A DNA stretch of 64,000 nucleotides, taken from NCBI GenBank assembly GCA_026416115.1, contig JAOAFU010000234.1, forward strand, positions 3,393 through 67,392, read 5' to 3'. The notes below the pieces were generated by a model, which searched no databases, was not told where the DNA came from, and saw only the letters and a list, made by a program, of their open reading frames with translations. The translations under genes and the position numbers were made by a program. This DNA is from Bacteroidales bacterium. Lineage in GTDB: Bacteria > Bacteroidota > Bacteroidia > Bacteroidales > DTGW01. Below, one piece after another: positions 36,397 through 45,523 of the stretch (the stretch's first letter is position 1; every line of letters starts with the position of its first letter).

Positions 36397-37167
36397 CTAT
36401 AAATTATGTAGTTTGAGAATAGTTGGCTTAAAAGCATTAGCTTTTACCTGCCGAGGATACAACGAAACAACCCCGGTACAATATTTGGATAAGCTACAAG
36501 GGTTTGTGTGCAATTGATGCATAATCTCTTTAAGGGGTGAGCAACGTACAGAAAAGTCTTGCTTTATTTCAAGTATTCCAACCTGAGGATATTGTATCGT
36601 TTGCGATGAAGAAGCAAATTCAAGTGCATAATCAAGGGTGGCTCGTTCGGTGAAATTCTTATTTACCAATGTTATTCTAATAAATTTGTTTTGAAGTACT
36701 TCATCAAAAAATTTGGCATTAAAGGGTGTATTTTTTTCCAGAAAACTGATTGCATTGGGGTTAAATACTTCGCTTTGAGTATTTTCAATTCTCTTTTTTA
36801 ACGTTTGACCCTTGTTGTTTTTGTATTTAATCTCAAAATATTCTTTTCCAGTAACATCGTAACGACGCTGACGAATTTTGTAACGATTTAATCTTCCGTT
36901 GTGATGATCGTGATAAAGTTGAAATTCAGGAGTATCAAAATAACGTGTATAATACTGAAATTGTCTTTTACCATTAATTTCAAGAATGCGGTAGTATGGC
37001 AAAGCTTCTTTCAAAACTGTGATAAGATTTGAGACAGTAAAAAAGTATTTTGTATCCAAACGGTTCATTAACTCAACAGCATCCATCTCTGCCAAGGTAA
37101 TGGGCGAATAAGCAGAAACAAGTTGTTCAATCTGGGTCTGAATCTTTTCAATACTATTGGTATTCAT
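36397..37167 (-). CDS. VTC-domain (polyphosphate-polymerase-like, triphosphate-tunnel/CYTH-like) protein
   Basis: 256 aa with no signal peptide. Motifs RLDTKYFF, YYTRYFDTPEFQLYHDHHNGRLNRYKIRQRRY and YFEIKYKNNKGQTLKKR follow the Lys/Arg-lined tunnel pattern of the Vtc4 catalytic domain. Confidence 0.75.
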   Translation of the reverse strand: MNTNSIEKIQTQIEQLVSAYSPITLAEMDAVELMNRLDTKYFFTVSNLITVLKEALPYYRILEINGKRQFQYYTRYFDTPEFQLYHDHHNGRLNRYKIRQRRYDVTGKEYFEIKYKNNKGQTLKKRIENTQSEVFNPNAISFLEKNTPFNAKFFDEVLQNKFIRITLVNKNFTERATLDYALEFASSSQTIQYPQVGILEIKQDFSVRCSPLKEIMHQLHTNPCSLSKYCTGVVSLYPRQVKANAFKPTILKLHNL

Positions 37168-37582
37168 AGATATACTTTTTTTTCTGAATTATTTTACCAC
37201 TTCCGTTATACACAATCTTTTCTTTCTTTAGCCCATTTTCGTATTTAAATTCAATAACTGAAGCAGTTGTCCCTTTTGGTGTTAACGAAGTTTCCTTTAT
37301 TTTATTTCCATCTTTGTCGTATTCGTATAATAAATGTTTTTTTACCTTACCATATTCATCATACTCAATCTCTTCGATTACATTACCTTCTTCGTCAAAT
37401 CGGGTAAAACTATCTTTAACCTGCCTTCCATTGTTTTTCTCATAATCTTCATTATATACGGTAACTGTTTTAATATGTTTTTCTAAAACAGTTTTTTTCT
37501 TTTGGGCATCAACATTTACTAAAGGAAGTATAAGCAAAAGAGCTCCACTTAAAAATAATTTAGCACTCATTGTATTTATCAA
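37154..37582 (-). CDS. Small exported protein with YD-repeat-like beta-hairpin motifs
   Basis: 142 aa with a signal peptide. Four copies of [YF][DN]xxG[NK]xI (FDEEGNVI, YDEYGKVK, YDKDGNKI, YNGSGKII). Overlaps the VTC gene by 14 nt. Confidence 0.5.
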   Translation of the reverse strand: MINTMSAKLFLSGALLLILPLVNVDAQKKKTVLEKHIKTVTVYNEDYEKNNGRQVKDSFTRFDEEGNVIEEIEYDEYGKVKKHLLYEYDKDGNKIKETSLTPKGTTASVIEFKYENGLKKEKIVYNGSGKIIQKKKYIYEYQ

Positions 37583-37585
37583 TAA

Positions 37586-38311
37586 TTAAAAAAGTTTAAT
37601 CGTATCTGTAACAAAAACCTCCTGATTATCCCTGTTAATAGTAATAAATTTTTTGTGAGCTACTTTTTCGGTTGCACCCGTCAGGTTACCAAAGGCATCT
37701 TCTGCCTCGGAATACACATAAACAACATAATCGCCTTTAAGTAGATTGGTAAATGTAAAAGTTCCGTCGTAGTTTGTTCGGGTACGAATATCGTAACTCT
37801 TATGATTTCCGTAAATCAGGTAAACATCAACTTCCTGTGCTAAAGATATATCTTTAATTTCGTATCCATTTTTCTTGTAATTTATTAACCATATTTTTCC
37901 ACTTATGGTGGCATTTCCCTTTTCCACTCCTATTCCTTTAAAAGAATATAATGTATCAATCCAGATTGTTTTACCTGCTTTAACACTAATTTCTTCCGAT
38001 ATAATGGATACTGGACTAGCTATACGCGCAGTATCATCGCTATATACAAAAACAACATAGGTTCCGTCCTCAACCCCTGTGAAAGAAAATAAACCATTAA
38101 ATGAAGTTCTTACCCGGTCGATAACTGCAAAACTCCCAGCCTCAGCCAGAAAAACATCTGCTTCTGGAGCAGGTTGTATTCTTTGTAAATACCTAAACTC
38201 ATTATCAAATATCTTCTGCATAACAACTCCTTGAATTTCTCCTGGTTCCTTTTTACAACTTGTAATGCCCAATAATATGGATAATACAATTAACGTATAG
38301 AATTTCTTCAT
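37586..38311 (-). CDS. Lipoprotein with two carboxypeptidase-regulatory-like (Ig/transthyretin-like) domains
   Basis: The ATG at 38311 gives MKKFYTLIVLSILLGITSC (lipobox). The track start at 38392 adds 27 unlikely residues. Two repeats contain G[TD]Y.V.VYS. Confidence 0.55.
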   Translation of the reverse strand: MKKFYTLIVLSILLGITSCKKEPGEIQGVVMQKIFDNEFRYLQRIQPAPEADVFLAEAGSFAVIDRVRTSFNGLFSFTGVEDGTYVVFVYSDDTARIASPVSIISEEISVKAGKTIWIDTLYSFKGIGVEKGNATISGKIWLINYKKNGYEIKDISLAQEVDVYLIYGNHKSYDIRTRTNYDGTFTFTNLLKGDYVVYVYSEAEDAFGNLTGATEKVAHKKFITINRDNQEVFVTDTIKLF

Positions 38312-38467
38312 AAAAGCATAAACATTTATTAATTCGAAGCGAAAATAAAAAGTATTTCCAATTACTTCATGTTTTTTTACGATTTTCTTCATAATAATTT
38401 TACATGAAATATTACGAAATAAGAAACTGAATGTTACGCTCTAAATAAGGAATATTTATTTTTTGTA

Positions 38468-38486
38468 TTCCAAATTACATTTGGAA
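38468..38486. promoter_or_regulatory. Perfect 19-bp palindrome TTCCAAAT-TAC-ATTTGGAA upstream of the six-gene operon
   Basis: 8-bp perfect inverted arms with a 3-nt spacer, 157 nt upstream of the 38311 ATG. Not followed by a T-run on either strand, so not a terminator. Candidate dimeric-regulator operator. Confidence 0.3.
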
Positions 38487-38711
38487 AAAAGAGATTGTTT
38501 TAATTGAAATTTATTACTCTACTCAATAATTCATTCAATAGCTTATCAATTGCAATCGATAATTTTTCACAATAAGAATATAAAAATCTAAACCTGCATT
38601 TGCAATTAACAAAAATTCACAGGTTCAAAATATTCCCTACATTAAAGTGTTATTAATTATTTTTAAAAAATCATATTAAAAAACTTCAAATCGTTCAAAG
38701 ATCTATTTTTT

Positions 38712-41700
38712 CTACTCCTTTAAGAAAATAAATGTTTTTGTTTCATTAATATTAATAATTCTTATGAAGTAGATACCAGTTGATAAATTTTTTACATTAA
38801 CCTTCTGTTTTGAGTATGAAAGACTACCCATGAGAATAGTTTCACCTTGCAAATTTTGAATCAAGTATGAATACTTGTAATTTATGGGCAAATCAATAAT
38901 CAAATAATCGCTCACTGGATTGGGATATATGCATTCTTTACTATGAAGATTAGCAACCAAAGTACTTTTAGGCACATAAATGCTTGTTTTAGGCAAATCT
39001 GCATTTAGTTCAATATTGCCAGCATTATCGGTAGCGGTACAATAGAAGTTATATGTTCCCGAGCGATGAACTTTAAACGATGTGGTATTCGAATTATACA
39101 AGGTAAAGAATGGGTAAGGGCTTCCAATACCCTCAGATACCTTAAGAGAGTAATTAAAAATTCCGGAAACTAGATCATACCCTTGTGCCTGAATAATAAT
39201 TGAAGAGCTAGTTGAGTCATAGTATGCCGAGATAGATGATACAGGAGGTTCAGTATCGAGTATATTACTATAGGTGTTGGTAAAAATTGGTTTATTTTGG
39301 TCAAATACTATTACCGCTTTATTTTTAATGACAGTACCACTGGAAAGGCTTTCTTTTAATGGAACTGAAAAGGTAACATTACCCTCACCTTCGGGAGAAT
39401 TTATGTTAGGTGGGAGAAAACCTCTATCGGGATCATCAATAAGTTCGTTTGTTAATCTGTCGAGCGAAGCGATTTTCCATTTTACAATTCCCTTGTTATC
39501 AACCGATGCAGTAAATTCCACTTTAATATCCTTTTTAGGATATAGATCTATGAGTTGATAGACAAAATTAGTATCGGTTTTGAAAAAAATAGTTGTATCA
39601 CCAAAGCTAAAACTCGAGAATCGGAGCTTTTTATAATCGAATACATTTGAGTCGAGTGTATCGGAAATAAACACTTCAATTGCATTGGCTGTAGCAGAGT
39701 CTTTGTTTTCGAAATAAATGGTGTAGGCCATCTGTTGAGCATTGATGTAATGATTATCGGAAGATCCGAGGTTTCCTACCTTTTCGTTCGGATCAAGAGA
39801 AGCTACGGTACGTGTTTTAAAACGTCTGCGAATATGAACTTCTCGACATTTTTGATCGGCATCATAATTCTGAGCTATGTCGCTCATCATAGATGCAATA
39901 CCCACACCAATTTTGACAGCTGTGCCCACAGGAATAACATCGGATGCGCAATTGGCAATAGCTGTGGCCCATCCTGCAGCAGTCCTCAATAAGCTACCCC
40001 ATGAATTATCTTCAACAGTATTTGTTCCAGTCATATATTCTACTGGTTGGAAATATTGATCGGCTAAAGAAGAGACACAACCAACTCCTGGTACAAAACC
40101 TGCCATACTTTGTGCAAATGACTTCATGGCAAAAGCAGTAAGACAGGCATTTAGGGCAGTTGAGTTTTTCTTTCGAAATGCTCCAACACCCAAAGTTGAG
40201 GGTAACACTGGTGGTTCGTATGGTTTTATTACCCATGTTTGGAACTCAATATCACCTGGTGCTTTAACTTTGATTTTTTTGTTTATAGTAGCGCCTGCAG
40301 CAATATGGGGTAAATAAAATCCATAAATTCTCCAAGGTCCTGGTTCATCTGAAATGCTATCTACTTTAAAATATAATGAGGTTGAATCGAAATACTCATT
40401 ACCATTCTTGTATGCTACAGAAGGCATGGTTATTTGAACATCGGGAAAATCTACTTCCATATTTTCCTGTTCTTTAATGGCAATAAACAAGGGAACTCCC
40501 CAAGCGTCTTTGTTTCCACTGTTACCGTAACTAAATTCAAAAGTTTGCCAACGATTGGATAGGGTTCTATCTCGTCCTCCCAGAACAATCCAAACATTAG
40601 AAGAAGCATTTTTTTCAACTGTTAATGGTTTCTCTGCTATCACTGAATCATTTCCACGTGTTATTATTAAAGTATATAATAATTTATCGCTACTGGGTTG
40701 AGGAAAGCGAACAAAAATTTTTATTTTATTGAAAGAAGGATCGGATAAAATCACAGTATCGGGGTTAACAATGGTATTGTTATTTTTAAAAAACACCTTA
40801 CATGAATTATTAAATCCTCTTCCTGTTACTTCAATCAAAGAGAAATTACTGTTGTAACCTATTGTCCGTGGATAAAAGTCATTAATAGCCAAAGTGTTTT
40901 CGAATATTGAATCTAAGGCAACAGTGGTAATTACATAATACCCAGCTAAAGGTATATTCCAAGCTTTGACAAAGTTATTTAATGTGTCGATTGAATAATT
41001 GCATAAGTTCCACGAATTTCCACCATCTTGTGAAACATATAAACGGGCTTTACTTTCGTTAATTTTAGAAGCTTCGGCCTGAGTATAGTAAAAAGTTGCA
41101 TAATTTAATCTCTCCTCATAATTTCTGGGGGTATTCCGAATTGCCCACCAATGCTTAATTCCTCTTGTATTAGTGTTAAAATACTGATTGCTGTATGAGT
41201 CGAAAATTATATTTTCTACAGTGCTACCCGATTTAATACGTAACGATGCATAGGGCATATTCAAGTCAGCATAGCTAATTATATTACTTGTTGAGCTTTG
41301 GATGTGTCCGTAAGAAATTATCTGTGACGACAGGTTTCCATCGGATATTACAAGCGTAGCTCCACTATCAATATAACAAATTGAACTATAATTATATGGC
41401 TTAAGATGTGTAGTATTATTTAATCCGGTAAGTACAATAGAATCTGTAAAATAAATGATATCTGCTACAGCACTATTAAGCTTAATTGTTCTTTTACCTT
41501 TACCCGATAAAAATATGTTGGATGATTGCCATGTACCAAAGTTGCTAACATCACCGAAAAACTGTAAGGTATGAGACACGTGCCATCCTGTGTTGTTAAT
41601 AATGGTTCCTTTGTTGGTAAACGAACCATAAAAAACTTTCCATTTTTCTCCAATATTGGCCATAGTGTCGTAATTAACCACATTTCCCTTGAATGTAATA

Positions 41701-42968
41701 CCATCGGACGAGAAATATCCATAAAGCAGTATAGAATCTCCCTCAATAATACTTTTTTCATTATTTCCACACACCGACCCTTTGGAAGAGTATATTTTTT
41801 TAACATTACTCAATTTGAATGCTTTGTCGTAAATATTATAAGTCCATGATGCATTACCTACCAATACAAAATCGTTTGATTGTAAATTAATATTGGTGTT
41901 TCGTATTTCAGATTTTGTGATTAAAGAACCGTGGCACTCAATCCAGCTTGTATCATTATTGAAAATCGGACAAAAAATGGTGTCGCTTGTATTATAAAAA
42001 CGATGCGCTTTATTACCAGTTAAATAAACAGCTGTAGGAGATAGTTTACCAATGGACAATAAATCAGCGCCCAAAGATATATTTAGCTTGGTACCATAAC
42101 AGTAATAATTACTTGCTTTAGTAGTTACAACTCCAAGATTCTTGAATTTATCATTAAAAACAATTGTACCACAACTTCCTTCTCTATTAAAAATACTATC
42201 ATGGTTTATAACAACACCATTGAAAGTAATTCCCGATGTTGCAAATGAGCCATATAGATGAATGGTATCATTGGACATTACTATTACCTTACTCGATTCA
42301 TTATTGCCAATAAAAGAATTCAGAGAAGAATAAATTCTTTTTACATTTTTAATCAACGAAATATAGGGAAAAGTGGCAAAATCGTGCTGTATATTTGCTC
42401 CCTTTGTTAATATTATATCGTTGTTTAACATATCCAGTATGCCATTTACCATCGCCCCTTTGAGGATAAGATTATCATGACAAATAAGTTGGGCAGAATC
42501 CGAAAATACAACAGTACAATTGATAGTATCTTGACCTGGATTGTAAAAGTGATGCTCACCCGATTGAGCTATAATTAATTTTTGAGGTCTAAAATCGCCA
42601 ACACGACTAATATTGCCTAAACATCTAATATTTAAAGTACTTCCATAACAGTAATAATTGGGGCTCTGTGTAAAGACTTTACCATAATTTTGAAAGTTTT
42701 TAGTCACTTTCACTTCACCACAACTTCCAACAGCATTTGAAAGCGAAGCTCCAGATAATATGACCAGTTGCTTACATTCGACCGATCCATTGATACTCAC
42801 ATCTCCCTGAATAATTACACTATCATTGCTAGTGGGTATAACATTGCCAATCCAAGTTCCACTGCTCGACCATATTCCACCTTCAGGTTTTGAAACAACT
42901 TGTGCGTGAGTTTTAACAATAAATAAAATAAATATCAATAAACTTAGTGCTCGAGAAATTGTTTTCAT
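38712..42968 (-). CDS. Giant (1418 aa) secreted multidomain protein with T9SS C-terminal sorting domain
   Basis: Signal peptide (LLIFILFIVKTHAQ). Tandem ~180-aa N-terminal repeats, Ig-like middle domains, a DPNEKVG...YTIYFENK domain, and a C-terminal Por tail (IYPNPVSDYLIIDL...GIYFIRI). Confidence 0.85.
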   Translation of the reverse strand: MKTISRALSLLIFILFIVKTHAQVVSKPEGGIWSSSGTWIGNVIPTSNDSVIIQGDVSINGSVECKQLVILSGASLSNAVGSCGEVKVTKNFQNYGKVFTQSPNYYCYGSTLNIRCLGNISRVGDFRPQKLIIAQSGEHHFYNPGQDTINCTVVFSDSAQLICHDNLILKGAMVNGILDMLNNDIILTKGANIQHDFATFPYISLIKNVKRIYSSLNSFIGNNESSKVIVMSNDTIHLYGSFATSGITFNGVVINHDSIFNREGSCGTIVFNDKFKNLGVVTTKASNYYCYGTKLNISLGADLLSIGKLSPTAVYLTGNKAHRFYNTSDTIFCPIFNNDTSWIECHGSLITKSEIRNTNINLQSNDFVLVGNASWTYNIYDKAFKLSNVKKIYSSKGSVCGNNEKSIIEGDSILLYGYFSSDGITFKGNVVNYDTMANIGEKWKVFYGSFTNKGTIINNTGWHVSHTLQFFGDVSNFGTWQSSNIFLSGKGKRTIKLNSAVADIIYFTDSIVLTGLNNTTHLKPYNYSSICYIDSGATLVISDGNLSSQIISYGHIQSSTSNIISYADLNMPYASLRIKSGSTVENIIFDSYSNQYFNTNTRGIKHWWAIRNTPRNYEERLNYATFYYTQAEASKINESKARLYVSQDGGNSWNLCNYSIDTLNNFVKAWNIPLAGYYVITTVALDSIFENTLAINDFYPRTIGYNSNFSLIEVTGRGFNNSCKVFFKNNNTIVNPDTVILSDPSFNKIKIFVRFPQPSSDKLLYTLIITRGNDSVIAEKPLTVEKNASSNVWIVLGGRDRTLSNRWQTFEFSYGNSGNKDAWGVPLFIAIKEQENMEVDFPDVQITMPSVAYKNGNEYFDSTSLYFKVDSISDEPGPWRIYGFYLPHIAAGATINKKIKVKAPGDIEFQTWVIKPYEPPVLPSTLGVGAFRKKNSTALNACLTAFAMKSFAQSMAGFVPGVGCVSSLADQYFQPVEYMTGTNTVEDNSWGSLLRTAAGWATAIANCASDVIPVGTAVKIGVGIASMMSDIAQNYDADQKCREVHIRRRFKTRTVASLDPNEKVGNLGSSDNHYINAQQMAYTIYFENKDSATANAIEVFISDTLDSNVFDYKKLRFSSFSFGDTTIFFKTDTNFVYQLIDLYPKKDIKVEFTASVDNKGIVKWKIASLDRLTNELIDDPDRGFLPPNINSPEGEGNVTFSVPLKESLSSGTVIKNKAVIVFDQNKPIFTNTYSNILDTEPPVSSISAYYDSTSSSIIIQAQGYDLVSGIFNYSLKVSEGIGSPYPFFTLYNSNTTSFKVHRSGTYNFYCTATDNAGNIELNADLPKTSIYVPKSTLVANLHSKECIYPNPVSDYLIIDLPINYKYSYLIQNLQGETILMGSLSYSKQKVNVKNLSTGIYFIRIININETKTFIFLKE
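41727..42806 (-). repeat. Two full tandem ~180-aa protein repeats (a third, degenerate copy follows) inside the giant T9SS protein
   Basis: Landmarks recur with 177-183 aa spacing: GSCG at aa 81/264, NYYCYG at aa 104/287, H.FYN at aa 139/322, VK.IYSS at aa 209/389, LYG.F...GITF.G at aa 238/415. Confidence 0.6.
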
Positions 42969-43254
42969 ATAACAAAATTAACATTACTCCTGGGTTCTCT
43001 TTCCAAAAAAGTTAAAATGAAGGAAAAGCGCTACTGAAAAATAATAACTCTTTTGACATGATAAATGTAAGAATTTTTATAACAAATACTGCTGTTTGCA
43101 AAAAAAATATTTAAGCTTCTGAACCACAATAAACAATTTTTTATAAAAAAAATGTTTTAACAAATTATGCTGGAGTTTAACATATGATAGCAAAAAAAAT
43201 GAAATATTCCTTTCTTAATTTTATTACTTTCGCTGAAAATTTAAAAATAAACGA

Positions 43255-43551
43255 ATGGTAAGCCTTGTAAAATATTTGTGGCATTTTTTCAAAAACAAAT
43301 ATTTTTTGGCGACGCTATTTTTTCTTTTTTGGCTTATTTTATTCGATCAAAATAATTGGGTCGATAGAGTAAGAATGATTAAAAAAAAGCGTCAAATGGA
43401 AGAGTCGATTAAATATTATCAAGAAAAAATACGCGAGGACAAAAAAAGGTTGCAGGAATTACAAACCGATAGAGAAAACCTGGAAAAGTTTGCTCGTGAG
43501 CAATATTACATGAAACGTGATAATGAAGACATTTTTATACTCGAAGAGTAG
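43255..43551 (+). CDS. Septum formation initiator (FtsB/DivIC-like) protein
   Basis: 98 aa with one N-terminal TM helix, then a coiled coil (IKYYQEKIREDKKRLQELQTDRENLEKFAREQYYMKRDNEDIF). Confidence 0.75.
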   Translation: MVSLVKYLWHFFKNKYFLATLFFLFWLILFDQNNWVDRVRMIKKKRQMEESIKYYQEKIREDKKRLQELQTDRENLEKFAREQYYMKRDNEDIFILEE

Positions 43552-45517
43552 AAAGCAACAAAAATCATTAACACAGCTAAAAAAAACAGCAGTTTTTTTA
43601 TTTGTGTTAATGCACTTCTTATTGGGTTGGGGGCAGCTCAATATAACTCACTGGCTAAACTCTGGTCGCGATAAGCTTATCGACAGCGACAATATGGGAG
43701 CCATGGAATATTTAAACACTTTAATAAAATTTATTCCCGATCTCGACGAAGCATACTACTTGCGAGCTATATCGAAATATAACCTTGGCGATTATCGAGG
43801 AGCATTGGACGATTTGAACAAAGCTATTGAAATAAAACCCTATTTTTCTTATTATTACCTTTATAGGGGAGAGGTTAAAAACAAACTATACGATTTGTAT
43901 GGTGCACGAGAAGATTTTGACAAATCGATAGAGCTAAAGGCCAACAACCCCGATACCTATTTAGGTAGAGGTATCAACTCGCTTATGCAAAAAAAGTATC
44001 AAGATGCTTACGATGATTTCAGCATGGCAATAAGTTTAGATAAAAAAAATCCCTATGCATATCTTTATAGAGCACTTGCACTTCAAGCCTTGCAAAAAAA
44101 TAAAGAGGCGATTCCAGATTTCGATAAAGCCATTTCACTCAGCCCAATAGTCTCTGATTTTTATGTTCGACGGGGTAGAAATTTTATGGAATTACAAGAT
44201 ACCACTTCTGCTCTTTCGGACTTTAATTATGCCATTAGCATCGATTCTTTAAACTCATTTGCTTATTATAATCGATTTATGGTGTATATCGAGAAAGGCG
44301 ACACCGTATCAGCCATAAAAGACCTCAATACTGTTATTCGGCTCGATCCCGAAAATGCTCTTTGCTATTTCAATAGAGCCGAGATAAAATCGAAAAAAGG
44401 TGATTTACCAGGAGCTATTGAAGACTATAATCAGGTAATAAAAATCAATCCCAATAATGTATTCACCTATTTCAACAGAGGAATAGTATATTTTATGCTC
44501 CGTAAATGGAAAAATGCTATCGACGATTATACGAAAGCAATAGAACTTAATCCCGAGTTTGTAGCGGCTTATTATAATCGTTCAATTGCTTGGTATCAGT
44601 TGGGTGAGCTTAAGCGTGCTAAACAGGATTTTGAGAAGGCTGTACAAATCAACAACGAAAAGAATGTCAATCGCGAAACTAAGCTCGATTCCACTCAATT
44701 AGCCAAAATTATCACTTTTAAAGCCGATTTTGAAAAAGGAAATGTGAGCAGTGTAAGGAAGTTAGAAGAAGGACTTACTGCCTTTACCGAATTTCAATTT
44801 ACCTATCTTCCCTCCGACTCTATTAACAAACTTAAACTTTCACAGAGTGAAATGATTCCTGAACTTATTAAACACTCGACAGAAAAAAGCGTATTGTTAA
44901 TCAGTTACCGTCAATTTGCCTTATCGCCCGATACACTTGAAAAGCTTCTTTCTCAATACGACACCCTCAACCTTACTCCACAAAGCCGCGACCTTATCCT
45001 AGCGCGTGCAGTTTTAAAAGCCATGAAACAAAATTATAGTGCAGCTATCGCCGATTGCGACCTTATTATTCGCGAATATCCCGACTATTTTTGGGCCTAT
45101 TTTCTTAGAGGCTCTATACGCTTTAAGCTTATTAACATAATAAAAACGATTAAAAGTCAGAATTTACAATATTATTATATTGGTAAATCGGTCCAAAATA
45201 GAACCGATAAATCTCAAGAAAATTACGACGAAGTGGTTTCAGATTATCAGAAATGCATTGATTTAAATCCCAAATTTACCTATACATATTTCAACCTTGC
45301 TAATGTTGAGATTGAAAAAGCTAACTTCGAAGATGCCATTAAATTTTATACAAAGGCAATAGATTTAAATCCCAAATTCGCCGAAGCGTTTTTTAACCGA
45401 GGACTTACTTATATTTATCTGCAGAAAAATTTGGAAGGCTGCAAGGATATGAGTAAAGCTGGTGAATTGGGGATATCAGGAGCATACACAATTATTCGTA
45501 AATACTGTAATAATTAG
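43517..45517 (+). CDS. Large tetratricopeptide-repeat protein (membrane-anchored or exported)
   Basis: 666 aa. Hydrophobic N-terminal segment and more than 12 TPR units (recurring Y..RG......Y..A..D...AI.L.P). Confidence 0.8.
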   Translation: MIMKTFLYSKSRKQQKSLTQLKKTAVFLFVLMHFLLGWGQLNITHWLNSGRDKLIDSDNMGAMEYLNTLIKFIPDLDEAYYLRAISKYNLGDYRGALDDLNKAIEIKPYFSYYYLYRGEVKNKLYDLYGAREDFDKSIELKANNPDTYLGRGINSLMQKKYQDAYDDFSMAISLDKKNPYAYLYRALALQALQKNKEAIPDFDKAISLSPIVSDFYVRRGRNFMELQDTTSALSDFNYAISIDSLNSFAYYNRFMVYIEKGDTVSAIKDLNTVIRLDPENALCYFNRAEIKSKKGDLPGAIEDYNQVIKINPNNVFTYFNRGIVYFMLRKWKNAIDDYTKAIELNPEFVAAYYNRSIAWYQLGELKRAKQDFEKAVQINNEKNVNRETKLDSTQLAKIITFKADFEKGNVSSVRKLEEGLTAFTEFQFTYLPSDSINKLKLSQSEMIPELIKHSTEKSVLLISYRQFALSPDTLEKLLSQYDTLNLTPQSRDLILARAVLKAMKQNYSAAIADCDLIIREYPDYFWAYFLRGSIRFKLINIIKTIKSQNLQYYYIGKSVQNRTDKSQENYDEVVSDYQKCIDLNPKFTYTYFNLANVEIEKANFEDAIKFYTKAIDLNPKFAEAFFNRGLTYIYLQKNLEGCKDMSKAGELGISGAYTIIRKYCNN

Positions 45518-45523
45518 ATTTTT

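Noticed and set aside
39274-41849. Several 60-113-aa ORFs on both strands inside the 1418-aa gene
   Set aside because: All are nested in or antisense to one long uninterrupted ORF that has a signal peptide and a T9SS tail. None has independent support.
42973-42980. CAAAATTA (reverse complement of a TAnnTTTG -7 box) upstream of the giant T9SS gene
   Set aside because: It lies only 5 nt from the ATG, which would place the transcription start inside the coding region. It is probably a chance match in AT-rich DNA.
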